NCBI GenBank assembly: GCA_035297425.1
Contig: DATGYZ010000004.1
Span: 27,158-91,157 of the forward strand
Length of the DNA: 64,000 nucleotides
Reading direction: 5' to 3'
From: Bacteroidales bacterium
GTDB lineage: Bacteria; Bacteroidota; Bacteroidia; Bacteroidales; VadinHA17
Position numbers and translations under genes: made by a program
Shown here: one piece after another, positions 49,187 to 57,973 of the stretch
Layout of the letters: each line of letters opens with the position of its first letter
Numbering within the stretch: position 1 is the first letter of the stretch
Notes under the pieces: generated by a model
Database searches by the model: none
The model's input: only the letters and a program-made list of their open reading frames with translations
Told to the model about the DNA's origin: nothing

Positions 49187-50056
49187 ATGCAAAAATCAAA
49201 TCCCAAGAAAGAAATATTCAAAAAACAGACACAGGATCTTCCTGGTCTTGAGAAGAAAATGGATCCCAGACCAGAATTTGATAACGAACTTGAAGGAAAG
49301 AACAGGCTTAACGGCAAGAAATGTATCATAACAGGTGGTGACAGTGGAATTGGCAGGGCTGTTGCGATAGCATTTGCCAAAGAAGGAGCAGATGTTGCAA
49401 TCATACATCTCCCGGCAGAAAAAGAAGATTCTGAATTCACTGTAAAATACATAAGTGAGAAGTATAACAGGAAATGTATTTCTGTAGCAACAGATATTTC
49501 ATCAGAAGCCAATTGCAGGAAAGCTGTGGAAGATATTGTGGCTGTATTCGGCAGAGTGGATGTGCTTGTAAATAATGCAGCTGTGCAATACCCGATGGAT
49601 GATTTTCTCAAAATAACAACTCAGAACCTCGTTGAAACATTTTCTGTTAACATTTTTGCAATGTTCTGGCTTACCCAGGGTGTTATACCTTATATGACAA
49701 AAGGTTCTGTAATAATAAATACAACGTCGGTAACTGCCTACAGGGGTTCCTCAAGCCTTGTTGATTACAGCTCAACCAAGGGAGCCATAGTATCTTTTAC
49801 AAGAAGCCTTTCGGCAAACCTTGTTGATAAAGGAATCAGAGTAAATGCTGTCGCACCAGGACCTGTCTGGACACCATTGATACCGGCTACATTTGATGAA
49901 GAGCATGTGCAAAAGTTTGGTACCGATGTTCCAATGAAGAGACCCGGACAGCCGGTTGAAGTAGCACCAGCTTATGTTTTTCTTGCAGGCCGGGACTCTG
50001 ATTATATAACTGGACAGGTAATCCATGTAAATGGAGGGGAGATAATAAACGGATAA
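49187..50056 (+). CDS. SDR-family oxidoreductase (YhxC / general stress protein 39-like)
   Basis: ITGGDSGIGRAVAIAFAKEGADVAI, NNAA, S...YSSTKGA, C-terminal ITGQVIHVNGG. Confidence 0.82.
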   Translation: MQKSNPKKEIFKKQTQDLPGLEKKMDPRPEFDNELEGKNRLNGKKCIITGGDSGIGRAVAIAFAKEGADVAIIHLPAEKEDSEFTVKYISEKYNRKCISVATDISSEANCRKAVEDIVAVFGRVDVLVNNAAVQYPMDDFLKITTQNLVETFSVNIFAMFWLTQGVIPYMTKGSVIINTTSVTAYRGSSSLVDYSSTKGAIVSFTRSLSANLVDKGIRVNAVAPGPVWTPLIPATFDEEHVQKFGTDVPMKRPGQPVEVAPAYVFLAGRDSDYITGQVIHVNGGEIING

Positions 50057-50071
50057 AAGTACCGCTGCAGG

Positions 50072-51187
50072 ATGATCATAACCACTGAAAAGCTCAGGAT
50101 AAGAAAAAAAAAGCTCAACGTCATAACGAATGACGCTGGGAAGACAGCAAGGGCAGCTGGACTTGTATATGTTACAACTTCAGAACCTGGATTTACAAGA
50201 GTGAGGACCGAATCCGGATTCTATTACAAAGACGGGGACAAAAGGTTACGTGACAGGGATCATCTGGAACGGATAAGAAGACTTGTACTTCCTCCTGCCT
50301 GGGAAGATGTTTGGATATGCAAATTGCACAATGGTCATCTTCAGGCAACAGGTATTGATAAACGAAACAGGAAACAATACAGGTATCATGAATCATGGAT
50401 GGCTATCAGGAATCAGACCAAATTTTACAGGCTTCGGGAATTCGGTCTGAAAATTCCTGAAATCAGAAAGAAAATTGAAAAAGATCTTGCCCTGCCGGGC
50501 TTTCCGCAGAATAAAGTTCTTGCAGCTATGGTCAGCCTTCTTGAAAGGATAAACATAAGGGTTGGAAATGCTTTCTACGAAAAGTTATATGGTTCATTCG
50601 GCCTTACAACACTTAAAGATCATCATGTAAAGATTAATGGCGCGACGCTTAAACTGATGTTCAAGGGGAAGAAAGGAGTAATGCATGATATAAGCTTTTC
50701 CAACAGGAGGCTTGCAAAAATAATACAGGCCAGCAAAGATATTCCCGGCAAAGAGCTTTTTCAGTATTATGATGATGAAGGTGTTCGACGGGTGGTTGAC
50801 TCAGGTATGGTCAACAACTATATTAAGGAGATTTCAGGAAGCGATTTTACCGCAAAAGATTTCAGAACCTGGGCAGGAACAATTCAAGCCCTGCTTGCAT
50901 TCAGGGAGGTAGGAATGTTTTCGAGTATTACTGAGATGAACAAAAAAATACCTGCTGCTCTTGACATTGTTGCTAAAAAACTGGGCAATACAAGGGCAGT
51001 TTGCAAAAAATACTATGTGCATCCGATAATCATTGATCTCTATCAAAAAGGCAAACTGAAAAAGTATATAGAAAACCTGGATAAAGTTGAAACAGGGAGA
51101 GATGATGATGGGTATGTTGCGGAAGAAAGGCTGTTAATGACAATTCTCGATAACTCTCTTGTTCAGTTAAAAACAAATCAGATGTAA
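50072..51187 (+). CDS. DNA topoisomerase IB (poxvirus/eukaryote-type, bacterial TopIB)
   Basis: RIRRLVLPPAWEDVWICKLHNGHLQATGIDKRNRKQYRYH, FTAKDFRTW, NTRAVCKKYYVHP (active-site Tyr region). Confidence 0.85.
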   Translation: MIITTEKLRIRKKKLNVITNDAGKTARAAGLVYVTTSEPGFTRVRTESGFYYKDGDKRLRDRDHLERIRRLVLPPAWEDVWICKLHNGHLQATGIDKRNRKQYRYHESWMAIRNQTKFYRLREFGLKIPEIRKKIEKDLALPGFPQNKVLAAMVSLLERINIRVGNAFYEKLYGSFGLTTLKDHHVKINGATLKLMFKGKKGVMHDISFSNRRLAKIIQASKDIPGKELFQYYDDEGVRRVVDSGMVNNYIKEISGSDFTAKDFRTWAGTIQALLAFREVGMFSSITEMNKKIPAALDIVAKKLGNTRAVCKKYYVHPIIIDLYQKGKLKKYIENLDKVETGRDDDGYVAEERLLMTILDNSLVQLKTNQM

Positions 51188-51188
51188 G

Positions 51189-51959
51189 ATGAGATCAATA
51201 TGGAAAGGTTCAGTCAGTTTCGGACTGGTAAATATTCCTGTTAAACTTTACAGTGCTACTCAGCAAAGCAGCCTGAACCTTGATATGGTCGACAGGCGTG
51301 ATATGGGAAAAGTCCGGTTCAAAAGAATAAATGAATTAACCGGGAAGGAGATCACAATGGAAAATATAGGCAAGGCATACCGCTATAACAATGATTATAT
51401 ATTGCTAGACGATGAAGATTTTGAAGCCGCCGCCCCGGAGAAAAGTAAAATAATTGAAGTGAACAATTTTGTAAGGGAAGAGGAAATAGATACCATATAT
51501 TTTGAGAATTCATATTATGTGGAGCCCGAAAAGGCTGGTGAAAAAGCATACGCACTCTTAAGAGAGGCAATGATAAAAACGGGAAAGGTAGGTGTTGCCC
51601 AGTTTGTTCTGCGGACATCTGCCACTCTCTCAGTTCTGAAGCCGATGAAGGATATTCTGGTACTGAGCAAAATCAGGTTTGCCGAGGAAATTAGAAGTAC
51701 GGAGGAAGTGAAAGTTCCGTCAAAGAATGTCATAAAACCAGATGAACTGAAAATGGCAGTTGCACTCGTAAACCAATATACTGAACCATTTGATATAGAA
51801 AAGTTTAAAGATGAATATTCTGCAGCATTAATGAAAGTTATTGAAGAAAGAGCATCTGGTAAAAAAGGTAAGGTCAGGAGACTTAAAATCACGCAGACCA
51901 CAAATGACAACCTGATGGATCAGCTTAAAGCCAGCCTGGCTAAATCGAAAGCCTCATAA
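51189..51959 (+). CDS. ku: Ku protein (non-homologous end-joining DNA-end-binding protein)
   Basis: MRSIWKGSVSFGLVNIPVKLYSAT is the canonical bacterial Ku N-terminus. It has a basic C-terminal tail. The ATG lies 1 nt after the topIB stop. Confidence 0.9.
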   Translation: MRSIWKGSVSFGLVNIPVKLYSATQQSSLNLDMVDRRDMGKVRFKRINELTGKEITMENIGKAYRYNNDYILLDDEDFEAAAPEKSKIIEVNNFVREEEIDTIYFENSYYVEPEKAGEKAYALLREAMIKTGKVGVAQFVLRTSATLSVLKPMKDILVLSKIRFAEEIRSTEEVKVPSKNVIKPDELKMAVALVNQYTEPFDIEKFKDEYSAALMKVIEERASGKKGKVRRLKITQTTNDNLMDQLKASLAKSKAS

Positions 51960-52014
51960 GTCTTAATCTGTAATCTATTTGAAAGATAGTGTAACAGGAT
52001 TCATTACAGTATAT

Positions 52015-52022
52015 TGAACTTT
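52015..52022 (+). promoter_or_regulatory. -7-like box GAACTTTG upstream of DUF892 paralogue 2
   Basis: TATTGAACTTTGCA lies 44 nt upstream of the ATG at 52067. Confidence 0.45.
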
Positions 52023-52066
52023 GCATTATTAAGAATCCAGAGTAAGAACCTATAAAATATACTATT

Positions 52067-52720
52067 ATGAGCCCCAAAAGTAAATCAGCCAAATCAAAAA
52101 ATAGCGAAAAAAATACAATTCACGAACTTTTCGAACATCAGCTTCAGGACATTCTATGGGCAGAACAGGAACTAACGAACTTCATGCCTGAGATCGTTGA
52201 ACAGATCTCTTCAAAAGAGCTTGTAAATACATTACAGGAACATATGAAAGTGACGGAGAAGCAAATTAGTAGACTTGACAACATTTTTGAACTGATAGGC
52301 GCTGAAAAGAAAGCTGAAAAGTGCGATGGTATGGAAGGCCTTATTAAAGAAGCAAGAAGCATTGTCGAAATGGCTGATGAAGGTGTGGTCCGCGATGCAT
52401 TCATTATTGGTGCAGTGCAGAAAATGGAACATTATGAAATGGCTGGATATGGCACCCTGAAGGCCATTGCAGCAATAATAGGTGAATATGAAGTTTCATC
52501 ACTCCTGGGAGAAACTCTTGAAGAAGAAAAAGAAGCTGACATGAAGCTTACTGAGGTTGCTGAAAGTGTTGTTAATATCAATGCTTCAATGGAATCGGGT
52601 GAACTTGAGGATGAAGAAGGTGAATCCGGAGAGGATGAGACCGAAGAAGAGACTTCAGCAATATCCAGGTCAGGATCAAAATCAAAATCTTCATCAAAGG
52701 CTAAATCAAAATCCAGGTAA
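52067..52720 (+). CDS. DUF892 (YciE-type) ferritin-like stress protein, paralogue 2, with acidic and Ser/Lys-rich tail
   Basis: FEHQLQDILWAEQELTNFMP...VQKMEHYEMAGYGTL...GETLEEEKEADMKL, then EDEEGESGEDETEEE and SKSKSSSKAKSKSR. Confidence 0.8.
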   Translation: MSPKSKSAKSKNSEKNTIHELFEHQLQDILWAEQELTNFMPEIVEQISSKELVNTLQEHMKVTEKQISRLDNIFELIGAEKKAEKCDGMEGLIKEARSIVEMADEGVVRDAFIIGAVQKMEHYEMAGYGTLKAIAAIIGEYEVSSLLGETLEEEKEADMKLTEVAESVVNINASMESGELEDEEGESGEDETEEETSAISRSGSKSKSSSKAKSKSR

Positions 52721-52733
52721 TAAAAATAAACAG

Positions 52734-52916
52734 ATGGAAAGAGTCTTATATATCATTGTACTTATTCTTATTGTGATCTGGATTATAGGATTTTTCCTGT
52801 ACAGCCTTGGAGCTATAATTCATATTGTTTTACTGCTTGCCTTTATTATACTGCTTGTAAAGCTATTTTCAGGAAGGAACAGAAGAAGAACCAATACGGG
52901 TTCCGGTATCAGGTAA
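52734..52916 (+). CDS. lmo0937-family small membrane protein (60 aa)
   Basis: MERVLYIIVLILIVIWIIGFFLYSLGAIIHIVLLLAFIILLVKLF. It is the in-frame internal start of track ORF 52557..52916. Confidence 0.65.
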   Translation: MERVLYIIVLILIVIWIIGFFLYSLGAIIHIVLLLAFIILLVKLFSGRNRRRTNTGSGIR

Positions 52917-52937
52917 CATAAATTAAAAATTATTGGC

Positions 52938-53168
52938 ATGAAATTATTTACAGCAATATTGACAGGGATGATAGGCGGTTTCATCCTTGGTGTATTATAC
53001 GCACCTAAAAAAGGTTCAGAAACCCGCAGGGATATTATGCAAAAAGGAGGAGAAATATCTGATGATATCAAACTTAGATTCCATCAGTTCGGTGAATTCA
53101 TAAATGAAAAACTTGATAGCACAAAAGGAATATATCAACAGTACATAAAGATGAGAAGATCTGTTTGA
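52938..53168 (+). CDS. YtxH-domain protein, paralogue 2
   Basis: LTGMIGGFILGVLYAPKKGSETRRDI. Confidence 0.75.
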   Translation: MKLFTAILTGMIGGFILGVLYAPKKGSETRRDIMQKGGEISDDIKLRFHQFGEFINEKLDSTKGIYQQYIKMRRSV

Positions 53169-53189
53169 TTATAGACTAAACAATAAATA

Positions 53190-53224
53190 AAGGATTGGAG
53201 AAAATAGCTTCAATCCTTTTTTGC
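53190..53224. terminator. Bidirectional terminator between ytxH-like gene and fumC
   Basis: AAGGATTG ... CAATCCTT forms an 8-bp stem with TTTTTTG on the plus side and an A-rich run on the other side. Confidence 0.65.
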
Positions 53225-53245
53225 TTTATAATAATTAATAAAAGA

Positions 53246-54673
53246 TTAAATCATTTTTTCTGGCCTTACCCAGTCGTCAAACTGTTCTTCAGTCACCCAT
53301 CCAAGCTCAAGAGCTGCCTGCCGGAGTGTTTTATCTTCACGGAATGCCTTTAATGCAATTTTTGAGCTTTTATCATAACCAATATGAGGAGTAAGCGAAG
53401 TGACAAGCATTAATGAATTTTCAAGATGTTTGTTAATCTGGGATTGTACAGGATCGAGACCATCTATGCAATTTACAGCGAACGATCTGCATGCATCACC
53501 CAGCAATATTGCACTCTCAAGTACATTGTATGCAATAAGAGGTTTAAATGTATTTAACTCAAAATGTCCGTTGGAACCTCCAATACCAACAGCAACATCA
53601 TTGCCCATTACCTGTGCACATACCATTGTAAGTGCTTCAGATTGAGTCGGATTGACTTTCCCGGGCATAATTGAAGAGCCAGGTTCATTGGCTGGTAACA
53701 TCAGCTCTCCTATCGCGCATCTGGGGCCAGATCCCATTAATCGTATGTCGTTTGCTATCTTCATTAATGACACGGCAAGTCTTCTAAGGGCTCCGCTAAG
53801 CTCAACCATTGCATCATGAGCAGCGAGCGCCTCAAATTTATTGGGAGCAGTAATAAAAGGTTTCCCTGTATAATCAGATAATTTTTTTGCAACTTTTTCA
53901 GAAAAACCTTCAGGTGTATTCATCCCTGTTCCTACCGCGGAACCTCCTAGTGCAAGCTCACTTACCATCCTTAAGGAATTTTCAAGAGCTCTGATTCCGT
54001 TTTCAACCTGCTGGGTATATCCCGAGAATTCCTGTCCAAGCGTAAGTGGCACTGCATCCATAAGGTGTGTTCTCCCTATCTTAATGATATCTTTATATTC
54101 AGCAGATTTATTTTTCAGGGCTTTCATTAATACACGCGCTCCTGACAGGGTTTCATCAGATACAGCAATATATGCGGCAACATGCATTGCAGTAGGGAAT
54201 GTATCATTTGAGGACTGTGATTTATTAACATCATCATTAGGATGCAAAACTCTCTCTTTGTCAGTGAGCCTCCCTCCTTTCTTTACATGTGCCCTGTTAA
54301 CAATAACTTCATTAACATTCATATTAGTCTGTGTCCCTGACCCTGTCTGCCATATAACCAGCGGGAATTCATCATCAAGCATCCCTCCGGAAATCTCATC
54401 ACAAACTTCACAGATAAGATTTTTTTTCAATTCATCAAGTACTCCCAGTTCAAAATTGGCTTCGGCTGCTGCTTTCTTGATCAATCCAAAAGCCCTGATG
54501 ATCCTGACAGGCATGCTGCCTTCAGGACCAATCTTAAAATTGTTACGGGATCTTTCTGTTTGTGCACCCCAGTATTTTGTTACTGGTACTTGTACATCCC
54601 CAAGTGAATCCCTTTCTATGCGGTTATTTCGGGATTGATTAATTAAATCCGACATTTGAGTTAGGTTTTGCAA
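53246..54673 (-). CDS. fumC: Class II fumarate hydratase
   Basis: [30 protein letters not shown] is near-identical to the FumC signature. An alternative start M7 at 54655 is possible. Confidence 0.85.
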   Translation of the reverse strand: MQNLTQMSDLINQSRNNRIERDSLGDVQVPVTKYWGAQTERSRNNFKIGPEGSMPVRIIRAFGLIKKAAAEANFELGVLDELKKNLICEVCDEISGGMLDDEFPLVIWQTGSGTQTNMNVNEVIVNRAHVKKGGRLTDKERVLHPNDDVNKSQSSNDTFPTAMHVAAYIAVSDETLSGARVLMKALKNKSAEYKDIIKIGRTHLMDAVPLTLGQEFSGYTQQVENGIRALENSLRMVSELALGGSAVGTGMNTPEGFSEKVAKKLSDYTGKPFITAPNKFEALAAHDAMVELSGALRRLAVSLMKIANDIRLMGSGPRCAIGELMLPANEPGSSIMPGKVNPTQSEALTMVCAQVMGNDVAVGIGGSNGHFELNTFKPLIAYNVLESAILLGDACRSFAVNCIDGLDPVQSQINKHLENSLMLVTSLTPHIGYDKSSKIALKAFREDKTLRQAALELGWVTEEQFDDWVRPEKMI

Positions 54674-54692
54674 TAATCAGTTTGATCGGAGT

Positions 54693-54884
54693 TCAGTCAT
54701 ATTTGATAACTTCAACCGGACAGCTTTCGGCAGATTCCCTGATCTTTTCGGCATTTTCATTTAGATCAGAACCAGGTATTACTATTGCAACATCCTCCAG
54801 CCTGAAGACTTCAGGGCAAAGATCACTGCATAATCCACATGCAATACATCCTTCTTCTATCCAGACTTTATTCATATCTGTCAT
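54693..54884 (-). CDS. Small [4Fe-4S]/[3Fe-4S] ferredoxin
   Basis: 63 aa; CIACGLCSDLCP ... CP. Confidence 0.75.
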   Translation of the reverse strand: MTDMNKVWIEEGCIACGLCSDLCPEVFRLEDVAIVIPGSDLNENAEKIRESAESCPVEVIKYD

Positions 54885-54956
54885 AATCGGTATGCTGGTT
54901 TAACAAATGCCGGTCAGTTTTGTTTTTTTTAAACATATATCACAAAATTCAATCTT

Positions 54957-57281
54957 ATGCTTACAAATAATCTGGGATTTCCACGCATAGGCATAAACCG
55001 TGAGCTGAAAAAAGCATCAGAAGCTTTCTGGGCAGAAAAGATATCTGCAGATGAACTTGAAAAAACCGGAATGGAAATAAGGCTTACAAACTGGAAGTTC
55101 CAGAAAGATGCCGGGATTGATCTGATTCCATCAAATGATTTTTCATTTTACGACCAGGTTCTGGATATGATAATGACTGTCGGAGCTGTTCCAACTGAGT
55201 ATATCTGCCTCAAAAATTTCCTGAGGAACGAGCTACTTGAATTCTATTTTTCACTAGCACGTGGTTATCAGAAAGAAGGCTATGACCTGCCTGCAATGGA
55301 AATGACAAAATGGTTCGATACAAATTACCATTACATTGTACCTGAACTTGTGCCAGGGCAAAGATTTAACTATTTTCTCAAAAAACCTGTTAATGAATTC
55401 AATGAAGCAAAAGAGGCCGGAATAATTACAAAGCCAGTACTTATAGGACCGCTCAGCTTCCTATTGCTTTCAAAAGTGAGGCTAAAGGGTTTTGACAGAA
55501 TGGAAATGCTTCCCAGTCTTTTGCCGGTTTACATCGATTTATTATCCGACCTTCAGAAAAGCGGAGCAGTCTGGGTGCAATTTGATGAACCTTTCCTTAC
55601 AATGGATCTCAGCGATGTGTCAAAAAATTTATACAAAGTTGCATATAAAGAGCTGAAAGCTGAATTCCCGGATATCAAATTTATGATCGCCACGTATTTC
55701 GGCAGGCTTGGTAACAATACTTCACTTGCGTTGCAATTACCTGTTGATGCCCTGCATATTGACCTTACAAGATATCCTGAGCAGCTTGAAGAAATTCTAA
55801 GAGTAACTCCTGAAGAGATGACACTATCTCTTGGTGTGGTTGATGGCAGGAATATCTGGAAAAACGATTATAAAAAATCACTTGGTCTTATTCAATCTGC
55901 AATCAAACAAATTGGTGAGGAAAGAATCATCCTGTCACCTTCATGTTCACTCATACACTCACCAATTGATTTGGCTGCTGAAAAAAGAGACAAGGGTATT
56001 CCTGAAGAAGTAATTCCATGGATGTCATTTGCTAAGCAAAAAATAAATGAATTGTATGAACTGCGTAATCTCTCACTTAATAAGGATTATACCAGCCAAA
56101 GCATTTTTATTAAAAACCAGGAAGATATTAATTCAAGGCGTAAATCTCATCATCTGAATAACGATAATGTAAGGAACAGGATTGAAAACATCGGATCTGT
56201 ACTTCAAACAAAAAGAAGCAATTTCCAAGTTCGTAAATTAAAGCAACAAAAAGAATTAAACCTTCCAATATGTCCTGCAACCACAATAGGTTCATTCCCT
56301 CAAACAACTGAAGTAAGAGGCTGGAGACAAAAACTAAACAAAGGTGAAATAACAACCGGTGAATACAGGGATTTAATCAGAAATGAAATAAAAAATGCTA
56401 TTGCCTGGCAGGAAGAAGCAGGACTTGATGTTCTTGTACATGGCGAATTCGAAAGAAACGACATGGTTGAATATTTTGGAGAAATGATGGATGGTTTTGC
56501 ATTTACTACCAACGGGTGGATACAAAGTTATGGTTCAAGATATGTAAAGCCACCGGTAATCTATGGTGATGTTTCCAGAAGCAGGCCAATGACAACAGAG
56601 TGGATTAATTATGCAAGGTCGCTTACAAGCAAACCTGTGAAAGGAATGCTTACTGGTCCTGTTACAATTCTTCTTTGGTCGTTTGTAAGGGATGACAAAC
56701 CTCTGTCGGAAACCTGTTTTCAGATTGCTCTTGCAATCCGGGATGAAGTGCTTGATCTCGAGCGGGAAGGTACCAGGATCATTCAAATTGATGAACCAGC
56801 ACTAAGAGAAGGTTTACCATTGAGAAAGGATGAATGGGATGATTATCTCGAATGGGCAGTAAAAGCATTCAGGGTAACAAGTTCAGGTGTAGATGACAGG
56901 ACTCAGATCCATACTCATATGTGCTATTCTGAATTCAATGATATAATACAGCATATTGCAGCTCTTGATGCTGATGTAATCACAATAGAATGTTCAAGAT
57001 CCAGAATGGAGTTTCTTGATGTTTTTGCAAATTTCAACTATCCGAATGACATCGGGCCTGGTATATACGATATTCACTCACCTAGAATTCCATCAGTTAA
57101 TGAAATATCGGATTTGCTCTTAAAAGCTGCAGGGGTGATCTCAATTGACAAGTTATGGGTTAATCCCGACTGCGGATTGAAAACACGCAGGTGGGAGGAA
57201 GTGAAGCCTGCAATTACGAATATGATTAAAGCAGCAAAGATGATGCAGAAGAAGAGCATTGTTGAAAGTCGGGAGCAATAG
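54957..57281 (+). CDS. metE: Cobalamin-independent methionine synthase MetE
   Basis: 774 aa; LGFPRIG, TTIGSFPQT, IQIDEPALREG, HTHMCYSEFN, NPDCGLKTR. Confidence 0.93.
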   Translation: MLTNNLGFPRIGINRELKKASEAFWAEKISADELEKTGMEIRLTNWKFQKDAGIDLIPSNDFSFYDQVLDMIMTVGAVPTEYICLKNFLRNELLEFYFSLARGYQKEGYDLPAMEMTKWFDTNYHYIVPELVPGQRFNYFLKKPVNEFNEAKEAGIITKPVLIGPLSFLLLSKVRLKGFDRMEMLPSLLPVYIDLLSDLQKSGAVWVQFDEPFLTMDLSDVSKNLYKVAYKELKAEFPDIKFMIATYFGRLGNNTSLALQLPVDALHIDLTRYPEQLEEILRVTPEEMTLSLGVVDGRNIWKNDYKKSLGLIQSAIKQIGEERIILSPSCSLIHSPIDLAAEKRDKGIPEEVIPWMSFAKQKINELYELRNLSLNKDYTSQSIFIKNQEDINSRRKSHHLNNDNVRNRIENIGSVLQTKRSNFQVRKLKQQKELNLPICPATTIGSFPQTTEVRGWRQKLNKGEITTGEYRDLIRNEIKNAIAWQEEAGLDVLVHGEFERNDMVEYFGEMMDGFAFTTNGWIQSYGSRYVKPPVIYGDVSRSRPMTTEWINYARSLTSKPVKGMLTGPVTILLWSFVRDDKPLSETCFQIALAIRDEVLDLEREGTRIIQIDEPALREGLPLRKDEWDDYLEWAVKAFRVTSSGVDDRTQIHTHMCYSEFNDIIQHIAALDADVITIECSRSRMEFLDVFANFNYPNDIGPGIYDIHSPRIPSVNEISDLLLKAAGVISIDKLWVNPDCGLKTRRWEEVKPAITNMIKAAKMMQKKSIVESREQ

Positions 57282-57433
57282 ATTATTTCCCAACTTTTTG
57301 TCGAATTACATTATGAACAGGATTTATTTTCTTTTCCTTCTGGATTGAAAATACAGCAATAAACAGGTCTGCATCATTTCCGAACATATCGACATGTGTC
57401 ATATGGATATGTTTCCTCTTGCTTTTCATATTC

Positions 57434-57877
57434 TCAGTAAATGAAGGTCACATCACCTTTTTTACTGTAAGTTGTTCCATCGGAATAGATACCAGTCACC
57501 TGCCATATGTAAACACCCTGGTATGCGAGATTACCATTGTCAAGGTAGCCATCCCAACCTTTGTGGATGTCAGAACTTTCGTAAACCAGCACTCCATTCC
57601 TGTTATAAATCTTAAGGTTGTATTTAGCAACATTTCTGCAGACCGGACGAAAGATATGATCATCAACATGGTCCTCTTCCCAATAACCCCCGGTCGGTCC
57701 GTTCCTGTTCCATCTGAATGCTGTAGGGAACAAAATGCTGTTAACAGGAAAGACAGGTATGGGAGATAATGAGCTAAGAGTATCACCTGTACTTATAATA
57801 CGTGAAGGAGCGCCCATCTGGGCGTTAGCCAAAACCGGAAATACAGCAAGAATAGCTGATAATATGAAGAGCTTCAT
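57434..57877 (-). CDS. Minimal T9SS type-B (gliding-motility-associated) C-terminal-domain protein
   Basis: Signal peptide MKLFILSAILAVFPVLANAQ. C-terminal FRPVCRNVAKYNLKIYNRNGVLVYES...GWDGY......GVYIWQV......KKGDVTFIY matches the CHU_C/type-B sorting domain. Confidence 0.7.
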   Translation of the reverse strand: MKLFILSAILAVFPVLANAQMGAPSRIISTGDTLSSLSPIPVFPVNSILFPTAFRWNRNGPTGGYWEEDHVDDHIFRPVCRNVAKYNLKIYNRNGVLVYESSDIHKGWDGYLDNGNLAYQGVYIWQVTGIYSDGTTYSKKGDVTFIY

Positions 57878-57973
57878 ATTTAAATAACCTACTGGATACC
57901 AGCTATAAAGATAGTCCTGATGATGCTAACCGGATTACATAATTTTATCTAAAATTTATATATTTATTTTATT

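Noticed and set aside
52557-52733. N-terminal extensions of track ORFs (52557-52733, 61263-61346, 62182-62259, 33335-33418, 38978-39142, 43211-43261).
   Set aside because: The extensions overlap neighbouring genes or precede canonical N-termini (MPEGPS of Nei, the CsbD start, signal or TM starts). Internal starts were chosen.
54885-54956. Cobalamin or SAM riboswitch upstream of metE.
   Set aside because: The gap is only 72 nt, shared with a divergent gene, and shows no conserved riboswitch core.
57283-57429. 48-aa minus-strand ORF (MKSKRKHIHMTHVDMFGNDADLF...) 4 nt downstream of the T9SS CTD gene.
   Set aside because: There is no recognisable motif, promoter or conservation evidence. It could be chance in an AT-rich spacer.
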